This document shows, one piece after another, positions 44,428-56,389 of a stretch of 64,000 nt of DNA. The notes beneath the pieces were generated by a model. The model ran no database searches and was not told the DNA's origin. It saw nothing but the letters and a program-made list of their open reading frames with translations. This stretch comes from Macrostomum lignano (lineage: Eukaryota): contig NIVC01002468.1 of assembly GCA_002269645.1 (NCBI GenBank), positions 107,450 through 171,449 on the forward strand, written 5' to 3'. Position numbers and translations under genes: made by a program. Each line of letters begins with the position of its first letter. The first letter of the stretch is position 1.

Positions 44428-44835
44428 TAGAGGTTGGACGAGCAGAAAATTTTGGTCGGGCGTGAAATTTTGTGAAATTTTCAAAGTCGGGCGTGATTGT
44501 GATCGTGATCGTGAATTTATATTTGCATACACATATTTTGAGCTTGTAAGTTACAAGTGTTGAAAATAACATAACAAGAAAAGAAATATTTATAAATTGA
44601 TAATAGCTACTCAGTAATGCTGTCAAGTCAACAAATTTAAAATTTATTACTCTTTTACACATTTGTGTTCACATATTTTGGTAAACCAAGTAGAAAAGTT
44701 ATACTTCTAATAAAAATGTAATAAAGTGGAAATTCACAACTGTTGTGAATGGGTTTCAAGAAAATCATGATTGTGAAAAAAATGGTCATGAATTCACAAA
44801 ATTGTGATCACGATCGTGATCATGTCCGACCCCTA
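44428..44835. mobile_element. hAT-type MITE, 408 bp
   Basis: Termini TAGAGGTTGGAC and GTCCGACCCCTA form an imperfect TIR. An 8-bp TSD GCATAAAC lies at 44420-44427 and 44836-44843. (GTGATC)-type subterminal repeats are present. Confidence 0.85.
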
Positions 44836-45287
44836 GCATAAACTATGCTGATGGTTGTCTGGTAAAAAAAATTCCCCAATAGTCTATCTTTTCCAAACAG
44901 AATTCTTGGATCCACCACTGGTTGGCAATGGTTATTTTTAGACTTTCTAGTCTTATGCCAATAATGATAATATTAGGCCTATCTATATACCCCCAGGATA
45001 TAATTTATACCTAAGCATACAAAACAAAAAATTTGACCAATAAAGGCATATAGAACAGTGGATTTTTTGCCAGATGTCTATAGATTTGGATTTCTATAAG
45101 CATATTTTGATCAAACACAATTCTTTTTATCAAAGGTCATGCAGTTTAGTGCACATGGCTGGAGTCCTAACGCACCTCTTTGCCATATAGAAAACCTAAA
45201 TGTACAAGTGTACATGCATGTACAGCAGTAGTATCAATTGACAGTACTTTTGTTCTAATGTAATTTTTCTGCAATGGGCTTAGCTGG

Positions 45288-45452
45288 GTCCTAGTCATTT
45301 TGTCAATTGGCGTTTCATCAACTGGCCATTTCGTCAACTCGGTTTTATCACTGGTCATTTCATCAACTAGCCAATGAAGCGATCTCAAACCTTGGTCACT
45401 TCGTCAACTAGCCAACAGGAAGTGTTCCAACATTGGTCACTTCGTCAACTGC
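45288..45452 (+). repeat. One-ended relic related to the 18244-18657 element (CATTTCGTCAACT subrepeats)
   Basis: Repeated CATTTCGTCAACT / CACTTCGTCAACT motifs follow a GGTCCTAGTCATTT start that resembles GGTTCCAGGACATTT. Confidence 0.5.
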
Positions 45453-45849
45453 CAATAAACTACCCCCCGCAGCCGCAAAAAAAGTAAAACTGAACCCTGA
45501 AATGACTAAGTCAACAGGCTAATTAATATTCATACCCTTTTGCAACATCTGCCAGCTTTCAATTGATGCGTCTCTGTTATACGCTTGTACATGCACTAAC
45601 AAAATATAATGCGCTCATGTGTTTGAAACGTGTGCAGCACAATGGGGTTGACATCCTGTGTTACACATTTGTATATGTTAAATTTTGAGTGCAGAAGTTA
45701 AGAAGTAGTACATGTAGTTGAGGAGTACCTGGACCAAATAGATAACGCTTAAAGTGGCTGGGTCCTCTATTTGCAAAACATACATATAGAAAGCATTCCA
45801 AATCAAGCCATTACATACATGAATGTGGTCATGTATGACTGCGCAGCAT

Positions 45850-46030
45850 GTCACTTGGATGGAACAGGTCAGTGCAGTGATACAAAAGCCACATTGGCCA
45901 GCATGTGCCGCGTCAACTTGTTGCTTGACAGTGTACAGCAGAATGGTCTCGATCACCACCTCGCCTGGAACAATGCTGCTTTCAAGCGGTCAGCTGTACA
46001 TTAAGCTGGCCTCGAAGACTGCAGGACTCC
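45850..46030 (-). mobile_element. Highly decayed RTE-family remnant
   Basis: VIETILLY..KQQVDAAHAG matches VIETVLLYNAETWTLIVEQVDAVHAGLL of the 28134 copy. Confidence 0.6.
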
Positions 46031-46526
46031 CCAGACTACATGTAAATGTACTGCTGTAGCTCAAGCCAGTAGAGTCGGAACATATTTCAGAGTGGGGGGG
46101 GGGGCTATTTGATGGGAGGGCACATTGCACATAATTTCTTCTAATCTAAGGGCACCCAAACTCCTGCTGTTATATCAGTTTGTGGCATTATGACATAACC
46201 AGGGCCAATATTCAATTCTGTGTTGGAGTAGCCAAAAGTTTAAAAAATGCTCAAATTTTCAACTAATTCAAACATGGCGCAACTGTACTGCACTCATTTC
46301 AAGGACTGCGCTTAAGTGACTTCAGTGGTCCAATTGACTAGGGTGCCAGTGCCATGATTGAGTTTGCCAAAGATGTCAATCTGTATCTTGCTCCACAGCT
46401 AGTGGGATAGCCACCTTGTTGGGGTCAGCATGCAGCACCTTTGGCGGCTTGAAAGATTTCTTGCTCATGGCGCAGGGCTTGCAAAACATGGCCAAGTCTT
46501 GTGCAGCTATATGAGAAGGAATACAT

Positions 46527-49500
46527 CACGCCTCCCCTGAAGAGAGAGTTTGGTCAATGAAATATACCCTAAAAAATATTGATTTCCCATGAATCTATGA
46601 CCCAACAGACGTCCAAAAAAGCAATAGTTGAAATCCTATCCAATTGTCTGCATAGTGTACAGGTATGCTAATTAGTACAGTGATTTTTAGTACCAGGTAG
46701 GTACTACAAGAAGAACAAGAAGGTCTGAGAGAACATGGCAACCATCCTGCAGCAACAAAAATGCTAAAACAAGGTAGAATTTACGTTTCTGTTCATTCTC
46801 TGTCACTTATGGTTCATTAATAGTGTTTTTATTACCTGTCCATACCTGACTGAGATTAATTTACACATGGAGCTTGTGTTTTCCTAGTAACATTTTCAAT
46901 TTTTTTAAGTTTTTGGAGCAGTGCAGCGATAGACTGGCACTGAGAGTAAAAACAAAGCCAGTAACTATTGAAGAGAAAAAAGAAAAACAGAAAGCATAAG
47001 CAGAGGTCATTGGGAATTACAAGCTTATTTTGGCGGCAAATGACTACACGGGTAGAATAACTAGAGTAAAATAGCTAGAATAGTTGTTAAAGCTAGTACA
47101 ATATTTAGTAAAACAGAAAGTTCTTGCAATTTGCAAAGATAAGCCTACAGAATTTCTGGAAGCCTTGTGTGCTGCAGAATAAAAAAGACATGCATTGACT
47201 GATGTAGAGCAAACCCAAATTCAAGTTCCAGCTACTGTGATACAGTACCATTACATGTACTTCAAGCACTTCATTTCATAGAAGGCCTTAAAACCTGCGA
47301 CAACTTTCTGCTTTACCTAATACAAACATACGAGTTTAGTGGGTTGTCAAAATACAAGCATTGAATGTAACAGCAAAACCAATGTACTAACTACTAACTA
47401 CTTTTTTCAACAGTTTACTTGTAGTTATCTTGGCAGTAGTAAATTGGAATTTGCAAGTTACAAGTTATGACATATTTGGCTCAGATGTGAAATGAATTAT
47501 AGTTTATGATGGATTGCAGTAGACACGTGCTATACTGAGGATGATTTAGGGGGCGCTTATAGCGCTGCCAGGTGGCTTCAAAGTCACTGTGGGCTGATTC
47601 AACAGCCTGTTCACTAAAGCTGCCAAGCCCCTTGCCATACTTGCCGCAGAACGCTGGCACATGGTCAAAAAGCGTGTGCATCTTTGGCGTAACTGAAAGC
47701 TCGAGGTACCTACATGTCGTCTGGAAGCGAGCAATGTAGAGACTGTAATCAGCTGCCAGACTTTGGCCAAAGCAAGCTTCGCGCACAGCATTGAAGTCTT
47801 GAAGTGCTGTTGCGTAGAGCTTCAGGTGTGGAGGCAGCACGCTCCACAGCTCACTCGCCTTCAGAAGGAGCTTTTTGCACGCTGGGCCCTCCAGGCAACC
47901 TCCATGATACTGCTGCCTGCAGATGCCTGCTTCATAGGCCCACTCGTAGGCCTTGTTGCTACCCTAGCTTGCATTGAGAGCATCAAGCAATCGGTTCACA
48001 ATGCCAAGCATCATGTGCAGCTCTGGCGGTGGTACCACGTCCAGCAGTTCAGCAGAATCGCTCCCAGGTAGCAGTGGAGGCTAGACGCAGTTGGCAAAGT
48101 TTTTGGCTAGAGGCTGGTGTCTACCAGCTGCCTGAAACTCACTTGCCAGGTGTCGAATTGAGCCGAGCATCCCCCTTTGTGCTGGTACTTCCCATGGAGG
48201 CCTGCCCTCACAGTACAGGCAGGGATGCGATGAAGAATGGCTCTGGATCCCGCTGGTTATGTTTGCCAGTTTAAAATCGCAGGCCAACGTGAAGTTAATG
48301 GAGCTGATGTTGATGGTTGCCATTAGTACACTAACGTTCTGGTAGCATTCTTTGACATCCTCAACAAGGGCCAGGATGAGGATCTTTTTCACTCCAGAGT
48401 CCATAAATCGGTTAAATTGGGCAGACAAAGTGCATCCTCTGTCATCCACGGTAACACTGATGCACACCTTTAAGGAATTGCCTCCTCTATCAATCGCAAG
48501 TTTCACTCTCTGGTGCATCTCAGCAGTGCCTCTCGAGTTACTGACATGCGCCAGAAAAGCGTATACATCCCGGCAGAACACGACAGACCGTTCGATCACA
48601 TACTCTTGTCCATTAGGCTGTTTGCGGAAAAACTGCCACTGCTCAGCTGTAAAAAACTTGGTGACACTCTGACCTTCAGCAAACAGAAACTCTTTCAGCC
48701 CAGACTGCACGGCCTTTTTGCTGCCGGACGCTTCTCTGATCACTTGAGCCGCACATAGCGTCTGACTGGTGCTGAGGTTGAGTGCAGTCTTTACAGCTCG
48801 CATAGTGCTATGCTGGACTGACGCAATCTCGGTAGTTGATATACCAGCCACTTGAACTTGGAGTGGGCGCCCACCTGTGCCAGAAGTCAGGCTTGCAGTT
48901 GCTAAGGAGCCAGAAGAGGTGGCTACACCCAGCTTCTCACGCAGAAGACCGCAGGCTACATGCTCCCTTGAGTAGGGGCTTAGGGCATCAAGATAGCGCA
49001 GTTTTGCCGCCTGTCCACACTGGTGCCTCAATCCACGTGCCACTGGCGATGAGCATGTCTCACAGCATTTGACGACACTGTCTCCCATCGGCCCAGGTGC
49101 CTTATTTGGAGGGCGACCAAGTGGCGTCGCAATACCAGCAGCAGACTCATCTGGCATGAAAGGGTGATATACAGCCACATTCTTGTTGGCTCTGCTGGAG
49201 CCCACATGGCACACCCAGCAGTTGCAATCGGGGCATTCGCGAGTGAGTGGCGGAAGACAGCGCAGATCTGTAATAATTTGCTTGTAGGGCATTTTTGGTG
49301 GCAGAGGTGTTGGTGCAGGGCTGCTTTGTGACATCAGCTTGATTCTGCAGGAGTTGCAGATGCTTAAAGGCAGAAATCCACGATGGTCAGCAAAGCCTGG
49401 CAGCACATGGCATTCAATCAGCGCTTCAAGAGTGGCTGTCAGCGGTTGGTCTCCCTTCCGAAAGCACAAGATGCACACACATCTTCGATTTTCTTCATGT

Positions 49501-50405
49501 GAGCGCTTGTTGTTTGGCATTGTTCTGGAGCAGCCAGTGTCGCAGTATTTTTTTATTGTTCTTGTATTTCTACCTGCACACTCAATTAGTCTAATATATT
49601 GCATGCATATTTATGTAGCTCATACATACATTCCCCCAAATTATTGATCGCCCCACCCCATATTACACTCAATCGTGTATTGTACGCTTTCACTCAGCTT
49701 ATAAATGTCGACCTAGAGTATCTCACTCAAATATACCCTTTCCATTTTCATAGCTAGTTGTCTCACTTACAGTAACTTTAATTTCAGTAAAAGTTTAGTA
49801 AAACTGTAGCAGCTGCTGCTTGCTATTTCTTTTTGTTCTGAAGAAAATACTGGAATTAACTTGTCTCCTAGTTCTGACTGCCTCATCATCTGGAGATGTC
49901 TATGGGCCAAATAGCTTATTGAAACAGAAAGAAAAGTCTGCAGCCAGAATATTGAATTCAATTTATTTTGAGCCATGAGCATATACATGTAAATACGCTC
50001 GTACAATGATAAGTGTGAAGATACACGCCCTGGTGTGAATTCAGCACAATATAGTATGCAAAAACATAATTTTCAGGTGTACACAGGTATGGACAGGTAA
50101 TAAAAACACTATTAATGAACCATAAGTGACAGAGAATGAACAGAAACGTAAATTCTACCTTGTTTTAGCATTTTCGTTGCTGCAGGATGGTTGCCATGTT
50201 CTCTCAGACCTTCTTGTTCTTCTTGTAGTACCTACCTGGTACTAAAAATCACTGTACTAATTAGCATACCTGTACACTATGCAGACAATGCGATAGGATT
50301 TCAACTATTGCTTTTTTGGACGTCTGTTGGGTCACAGATTCATGGGAAATCAATATTTTTTAGGGTATATTTCATTGACCAAACTCTCTCTTCAGGGGAG
50401 GCGTG
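46527..50405 (-). mobile_element. Chapaev-superfamily DNA transposon, 3879 bp, both ends intact
   Basis: TIRs of about 322 bp (46527-46848 and 50084-50405) with few mismatches, termini CACGCCTCCCC...GGGGAGGCGTG, and a 4-bp TSD ACAT (46523-46526, 50406-50409). CAC termini, a 4-bp TSD and the Chapa zinc finger are the superfamily hallmarks. Confidence 0.88.
47481..49520 (-). pseudogene. Chapaev transposase, about 679 codons in one frame with two premature TAG codons (48081-48083, 47964-47966)
   Basis: N-terminal H-x7-C-x2-C-x31-P-x3-C-x2-C. The core has KLAIDRGG, ACDFK, HPCLYC, PPPELHMMLG, TPKMHTLFDH and SEQAVESAH. ORFs 48081-49604 and 47481-47840 share a frame. Confidence 0.85.
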
Positions 50406-52192
50406 ACATGAATCAAGAGCCCACCACTATGGTACTGCACCCCCCAATATCGCCGATTGGTTTGCGCGTCTGCCTGTGCCTTTGCGTCTGTCTGCTCATG
50501 TCTACTTGTGCCTTCTTATAGTGCATTGTACATTTAGTGTTAAGCATGACAGGTGTGAAATACCTTATACATATATGGCATGATTGATCGATGAGCGCGC
50601 GTGAATTGTGCGTAATTATATACTCTGATCAAGAGCATTACCAGATATCAAGATTTGCTGCTGCGGCTTCAGTTGGCTGTGCACAGCAGGATGGAGGGGT
50701 TGGAAGGCGCACACAGTCCACCAATTTTCAAGACTCCATATATAGGGGACTTTATAGCATCCTCAATGCATTTTGATAGGAAAAATGCCCATGTTATGTA
50801 GTTGCATGTATGATTGCATAATATACAAATGGTAGTTATAGTGGTGGCCAATAGTGTTGGCCATATTGCAAATGTAGTATATACCAAAAATTTTCAGCAT
50901 ACAAATGCTTTAACTAGCTTACATCTAGCATACAAATGCTTTACCTGGTGTACTTCTAGCATAAAAGGAGGAAATATAACCTTCAAGCACAATCATTAGT
51001 TTATAATTCTTAACTATACTTGTTTAAGCTTTCAAGGCAGGGTACAAAAGCATCAAAGTAAATTACATCATTGTATAAATTATGCTTAATAATGTTTTCA
51101 TTGTAAAAAAAGTTAATTTGCAAAATCATGCCAATGAATTAGATTTTCAAACAATATCCTAAAATTTTCTATAGTTTCCAATAAGAAGTATATTTTAATC
51201 AATAATGGACATAACTATTTTTTACTAATTATTTTTGTTTTTTTAAGTGATGCTATTCACATATTTTTATTGGCATACAATTTACTAGAATGCTTAGGCC
51301 TAATTGGCATACTTTATTAGTGTATACTTTACTAGATAGCCAGATACTTTCTGGTATACATACCACAATCTGCAAGAGTGGTAGAATGCCAAAAAAACTT
51401 TAAAAGAGGCTCTGTTGTGCAAAACATGCCAAAAAACTTTTTTGACTCCTTGCTATACACTGTGCACGTGGTACTAGACTGCCTGGGACCTTGTTGCATG
51501 CAAGAATTTTCTCTACAAAATAGGCCTAGCATTTTTGAATTTTGGGAATATAGACTAAAACAACTAGGCCTATTTGTCACTGAAACCTTTATCACCAAAA
51601 CAAATTTTCACCAAAATGACTGGTACCTAATCAGTTGGCCTAGTCAAAGACCCAACCCAGTCTCTATAGCTTTGCCTAGTAGGTCAAAAGGGATATGGAT
51701 ATTTTTAAAAATTCCCTATATGATTAGAAACCAAAATGTGGTTACAATTAAGGGCTAACAAAGCTTATTTTTCAATTATTATTAAATCCTGGCTCATTTT
51801 CTATTTTTTGTTTCTATTTCTACTTATAAGTTAGGCACCAAAATCCTAAACACCATAAAGCACAGCAAAGGCATAAAAGGGATCTAGAAACCTTGTTAAC
51901 AAATACGAAGAGCTTGTGTGCACTGCAGCCGTCTACCTAGTGTTTAAATTGCATGCATGGCAGCTGAACCTTTAAAACTTATTAAATGGTATATCATATA
52001 TATTGTTTGAATTATTGGAAATAAAAAAATTGAATTAACAAATAATAGCTAGGCCTATAAATTGAGATTATATTGTACACAGGATACAACAAATAACATA
52101 TATGCGCAATAGTCAGCCAATCCAGCCGACCAATTTGGCAGCCAAATAAGGAAGTTGCAAAAATGCCCACCCAAAGAAACCCAAGTAGTAGT

Positions 52193-52256
52193 ACTAAGTA
52201 GCTGATGAGGCATTTTGACTTAATAAGACAGTCATAGTTACTCCTGCCGTTTACCC
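52193..52256 (-). other. Third degenerate copy of the same 64-nt 28S rRNA segment
   Basis: The reverse complement reads GGGTAAACGGCAGGAGTAACTATGACTGTCTTATTAAGTCAAAATGCCTCATCAGCTACTTAGT, colinear with the LSU consensus without gaps. Confidence 0.8.
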
Positions 52257-52705
52257 AAAGTAGTGTTAATTTTGCTTTACATTACTTACGCTAGGGTTTT
52301 TTTACATGTAAGTTGCATTTTTGGTCAAAAACTACATTGCATTTCTGTTAAAACTAAGTTGCATGGCTGACTGAATTTTGGAGGTTGCGCATGTATGACA
52401 AGTAATAAACTATTAAATAAGTTCAGTGAGAAACAATGTGCAGATTTGAGGGAAAGGGTACAATGTGGTATTAGCTATATTGCCCATTTGCCAGCTGCCA
52501 TGCACACAATTAAAATGCTAGGTAGACGGCTAGTCAGCTACCAAGCATGCAATTTGAACACTATGTGGATAGCTGCCATGCAGGCAAGCTCTCCATAAAA
52601 AATAACAGTTTTATTTATTCATTTGTTTAGTAGGTCTAGCTTATCTTGATACTTTGCAACTTAATTAGGTTATATTTATTATAGAAAAGAAAAATTCACA
52701 CCTAC

Positions 52706-52834
52706 CTCAACTGACTTATAGTCAATTATATCATCTATGGGCCTTGAACAATCTGGAGACTCTGAAGTCTTTTTGTGAGGCTGAACACTGACACTGATAA
52801 TTTCCTTTTGCAGCAAAGATATTGGGCGATACTG
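52706..52834 (-). CDS. Candidate upstream coding exon of S6K (43 codons, phase 0-0)
   Basis: Acceptor CTGCAG, an open frame QYRPISLLQKEIISVSVQPHKKTSESPDCSRPIDDIIDYKSVE and donor GAG|GTAGGT. The phase matches the acceptor at 43731. There is no homology support. Confidence 0.4.
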
Positions 52835-54029
52835 CTGCAGCATGGTTAGCAGTTAGCAGGTAAAAGGCCTAGTAAAAATACTAGGACTCGACCAAGTTAT
52901 ATTCACAAATTTAGTTAGAATTTAATATAGTTCAGCTTCAGTTCAAGATTCCAAGTTTTATGAATGTAATGAGAACTGCGACAAAGTTAGTTCCTATATA
53001 TTAGGCGTAAACGCTAGCACTTAAAGACAAAAAACGAACTAGAAAAGTATAACGCGTGATGTAAGTAAGAAACCAAGGCACACAGAAAGACAGCAAATAT
53101 TCTATTCGATTTGACTATGACGTTCGGCTGTTAGTTCTTATTCTCGTGCGTCATATAATTTCACGCGAGATGAACTTCATTTTAAAACTATTACAGGAAA
53201 AAAGTAAACATAACAAATGAATAAAATCAGGCTTTTTTGTGTAGCTTTTTATATTTTCTTTTATTAGTTGACTGTATAAAAATATTTTTGATACAAAATG
53301 TTTGAAAACATGTTAAATAGTAATAATTTCGTTAACTTTCATCATCAGCCTAGTCAAGTTCATTCAGTGGTTCAGGTCAGGTCCAGGACCAGTGTACCAC
53401 CGCACGCGCAGCGTGGACGGAATAGGCCCTATCTGTTATTACGGTATACAACTTATTACGTATACTATCCTATGTAGGCCTCAAAGACCACTAGGAACAC
53501 TTCGTTATATAAGGTCGTAACACTCGATTCGTGTAAAAATAGTTGAAGGCCGATTTTCGTTCTCGTATACATTAGTGAGATAGACGAATTGCTGCATGAT
53601 TTTCAACATAATGTGCTTTTTGAGAAAGCGTAGGGCTAGGCCTACTAATTTCTGTAATTTTGCAGTGTGTAACCAGAAACACTTAGCTAAATTATATATT
53701 ATTTCGTCCGTGGTTTAGGCCTAGTCATATTATTAGGTTATTTACCGTTTTTTACATTGACTTGACTAGGACAAACCTAGTAATAAAAATAAATTATACT
53801 TTATAGGCCTAGATCTATTTGATTTCTAGCTATTCATAACCCTAACTGCCTTAACTAACTTATGCCTATTGTGTTTTTATTTTTTATGTATTTAGCCTTG
53901 AAATATTAAGAACTAAGAAGCTTATTGCCTATTGGGCTAGGCCTATATTTAGTTTAGTTGTTGCCTTATTAGGTAGGCCCTATGGAATGTCACTATAAAT
54001 GTCACTGGCTTTAGTGGGCTAGTGGGAGG

Positions 54030-54830
54030 GAGGGAGTTCATTTTTATGGAGAGGATTTCGATGGATTTGGCACATTAAATGAGTCAGAGAAGAGAAAGTA
54101 TAGAGAAAAGTGAACAAATAGAGGAGAGATGATAGAAAAGAGAGTAGATATGAGAGAGGACAGATTAGAGATAACAGATGGGAGAGAAGAGGAGAGTAAG
54201 GTAGGAATGAAGAGGCAAAGAGAAGAGAAGAGGAGAGAGGAGTTATGAGATAGCAGAGAGGAGACAGGAGTGATGAGAGAAGAAAGGAGGGATAAGAGCA
54301 TACAGCTGAAATAAAAGAGAGGAGAGAGATGAAAGATCAGAGATGAGAGAGTTAAGAGAAGAAAGTAGTGAGGAGAAAGAAAGAGGGTAAAGATAAGAGT
54401 GCAGAGAGGACAGAGGAAAGATGCGATGAGAAAAGATATGATTGAGAAAATAAAAGAGAGAAGAGATTAGAGAAGAGAAGAGACAAAGGGGAGAAGATAG
54501 AATCGAGATGGTAGAAAGGAAGCAAGAAAGATGGGAGATAAGAAAGGAGAGGGTATACAAGATATGATAAACAAGAGCAGAGAGGAGAGAGAAAAGAGAA
54601 GAGAGAGGGTATAGGAGAGACAATAGATAAGTGAGTAGATATGAGATATGAGAGAGGAGAGAAGAGAGGAGAAATAAGAGAGAAGAGAGGAAACAGGAGA
54701 CAGGAGAGGGTACAGATGAAACACGAGGGAGAAGAGATAAATAAAGAGGTAGAGAGGAGGAAGGAGAAGAGAGTAACAGCGAGAGTGCAGAGAAAAGACA
54801 TGAGAGTCTGAGTCTGGACAATGGAAGTCA
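54030..54830 (+). repeat. Purine-rich (GA) low-complexity tract
   Basis: Direct reading; source of the Leu/Ser-rich minus-strand ORFs. Confidence 0.92.
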
Positions 54831-54919
54831 GTTTTTGCAAACAGGGAAAACAAGATATGGTATTTGAAAGGCTTTACAGAGGATTTTAAGACGATTTAGA
54901 ATATGGGATTCAAGACAAC

Positions 54920-55110
54920 TTAGTTTCTCTCAATTGCGACTTAGTTCTTCTCGATTGCAACTTAGTTCCTCTCGATTGCGACTTAGTTCCTCTCAATTGC
55001 AACTTAGTTCCTCTCGATTGCGACTTAGTTCCTCCCAATTGCGACTTAGTTCCTCTCGATTGCGACTTAGTTCCTCTCAATTGCAACTTAGTTCCTCCTG
55101 ATTATGACTT
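54920..55110 (+). repeat. 21-bp tandem repeat (CTTAGTTCCTCTCGATTGCGA), about 8 copies
   Basis: Direct reading. Confidence 0.92.
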
Positions 55111-56389
55111 AGCAACTTAATTTCACTTTGTAAATGAATTTTCTTGCCTTTTTCTCTTTCTTTCTCCTCTTTCCCCTTCTCTCTCTCCCCTCCTTTCTTT
55201 TCTTTTCTCTTCCCCTCATTTCTTTCTTTTCCCAATTTTTCGTTTTTTGCATTTTCGATTTTGCAACTTACCTTGGCCAGCAGCCATTTCACCTGTCCGG
55301 TTTGGACAAGTTGGACGGGTGTTAGGCATGTATGATTAACTATAAAAATAATTGTTATGGCATTTTGTTATTTATATGGTCAACGTAACAATAACAACTG
55401 CCTATTATGACTTTGTCTTCATTTAGGAATTATCTTGTTATCCTGGCCATGTGAACCAAGGTTCTATAGTCTATCCTACTACCACAGCTGAGCCCACATC
55501 CCACATATAGATATAATTGCTATTTGGAAACTGCTTGGCAAGCCACAATAGATTATATATTTGCAGCAACTATTAGTATAGGCCTATAGCAGCTGTGACT
55601 TTTTGGCCAATTAGCATAAAGATTGATAGCATCTAATATCTAAGAAGACAATGCTGAGAAACATAACAGCTTAAGCTATTGCATGCTTCATGGTAATGAT
55701 GCTAGCAACCTTGGGACTAGTGTCATCTTGGCAGATAAAAGGATTCTATCATTGCAATGGTTGCATATTAAGTAAACTGTGAACAGCTAAAAATTAAAAT
55801 GTCTATGTGTATGTGTGTATGTGTGAGATAGATTCCAGAAAAAATGGCTCAACCGATTTTCATTAAACTTGCATCATTCGATCAGAAATTTTCCTGGGAC
55901 GGTATATGCATCCTGGCTAAGAAATTGCTCAATGTTAAAGGGACTAAATATTCTAAAAATATGCTTTTTTGCAAAGGTCAAGCAAAACTTTCAACCTGAA
56001 ATGCATTGTAAAAATGCTAGAGAAAAACCTGACTGAATTTCAATTCTGATAAAGATTGCATCACAACAGGTTGAAAATGGTGTCAAAGAAATGCACACCC
56101 GACTTGATTGAAATTGCGTAACCATATTGCTAACTTAAATTGGGACTGATACTGGCTGACTGAGAAATTGATTATGTTATACTTTTTTACTCTTACTGAT
56201 TTGCTGTAAGAATTGAATTATAAGGGCAACAGTTCATGTTCTCCAATTGAAAAGAGATAGCCTAGATGCGAACAGACTGGACTGCTAATGTAGCGACCTG
56301 GGTTTGAATCTAAGTAGTGCAAAATGATTTTTTTATTAAAACACATTAAAAACAAAATGCTAAGCACAAAAAAGCGCTATCTCAAACAT

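Noticed and set aside
47964-48083. TAG read-through or an alternative genetic code in the Chapaev and RTE ORFs
   Set aside because: Host genes in the window translate normally with the standard code, and single-base nonsense mutations in decaying elements explain these stops.
46850-50080. ProtoRAG-type two-gene (RAG1L plus RAG2L) transposon
   Set aside because: There is no second ORF of suitable size or kelch/PHD character inside the TIRs, and the termini (CACGCCT) are not RSS heptamer-like beyond CAC. The plus-strand ORFs at 47763-49647 are antisense shadows of the transposase.
54044-55335. Leu/Ser/Phe-rich ORFs that look like multi-pass membrane proteins; also 28846-29499
   Set aside because: They are translations of polypurine/polypyrimidine low-complexity tracts.
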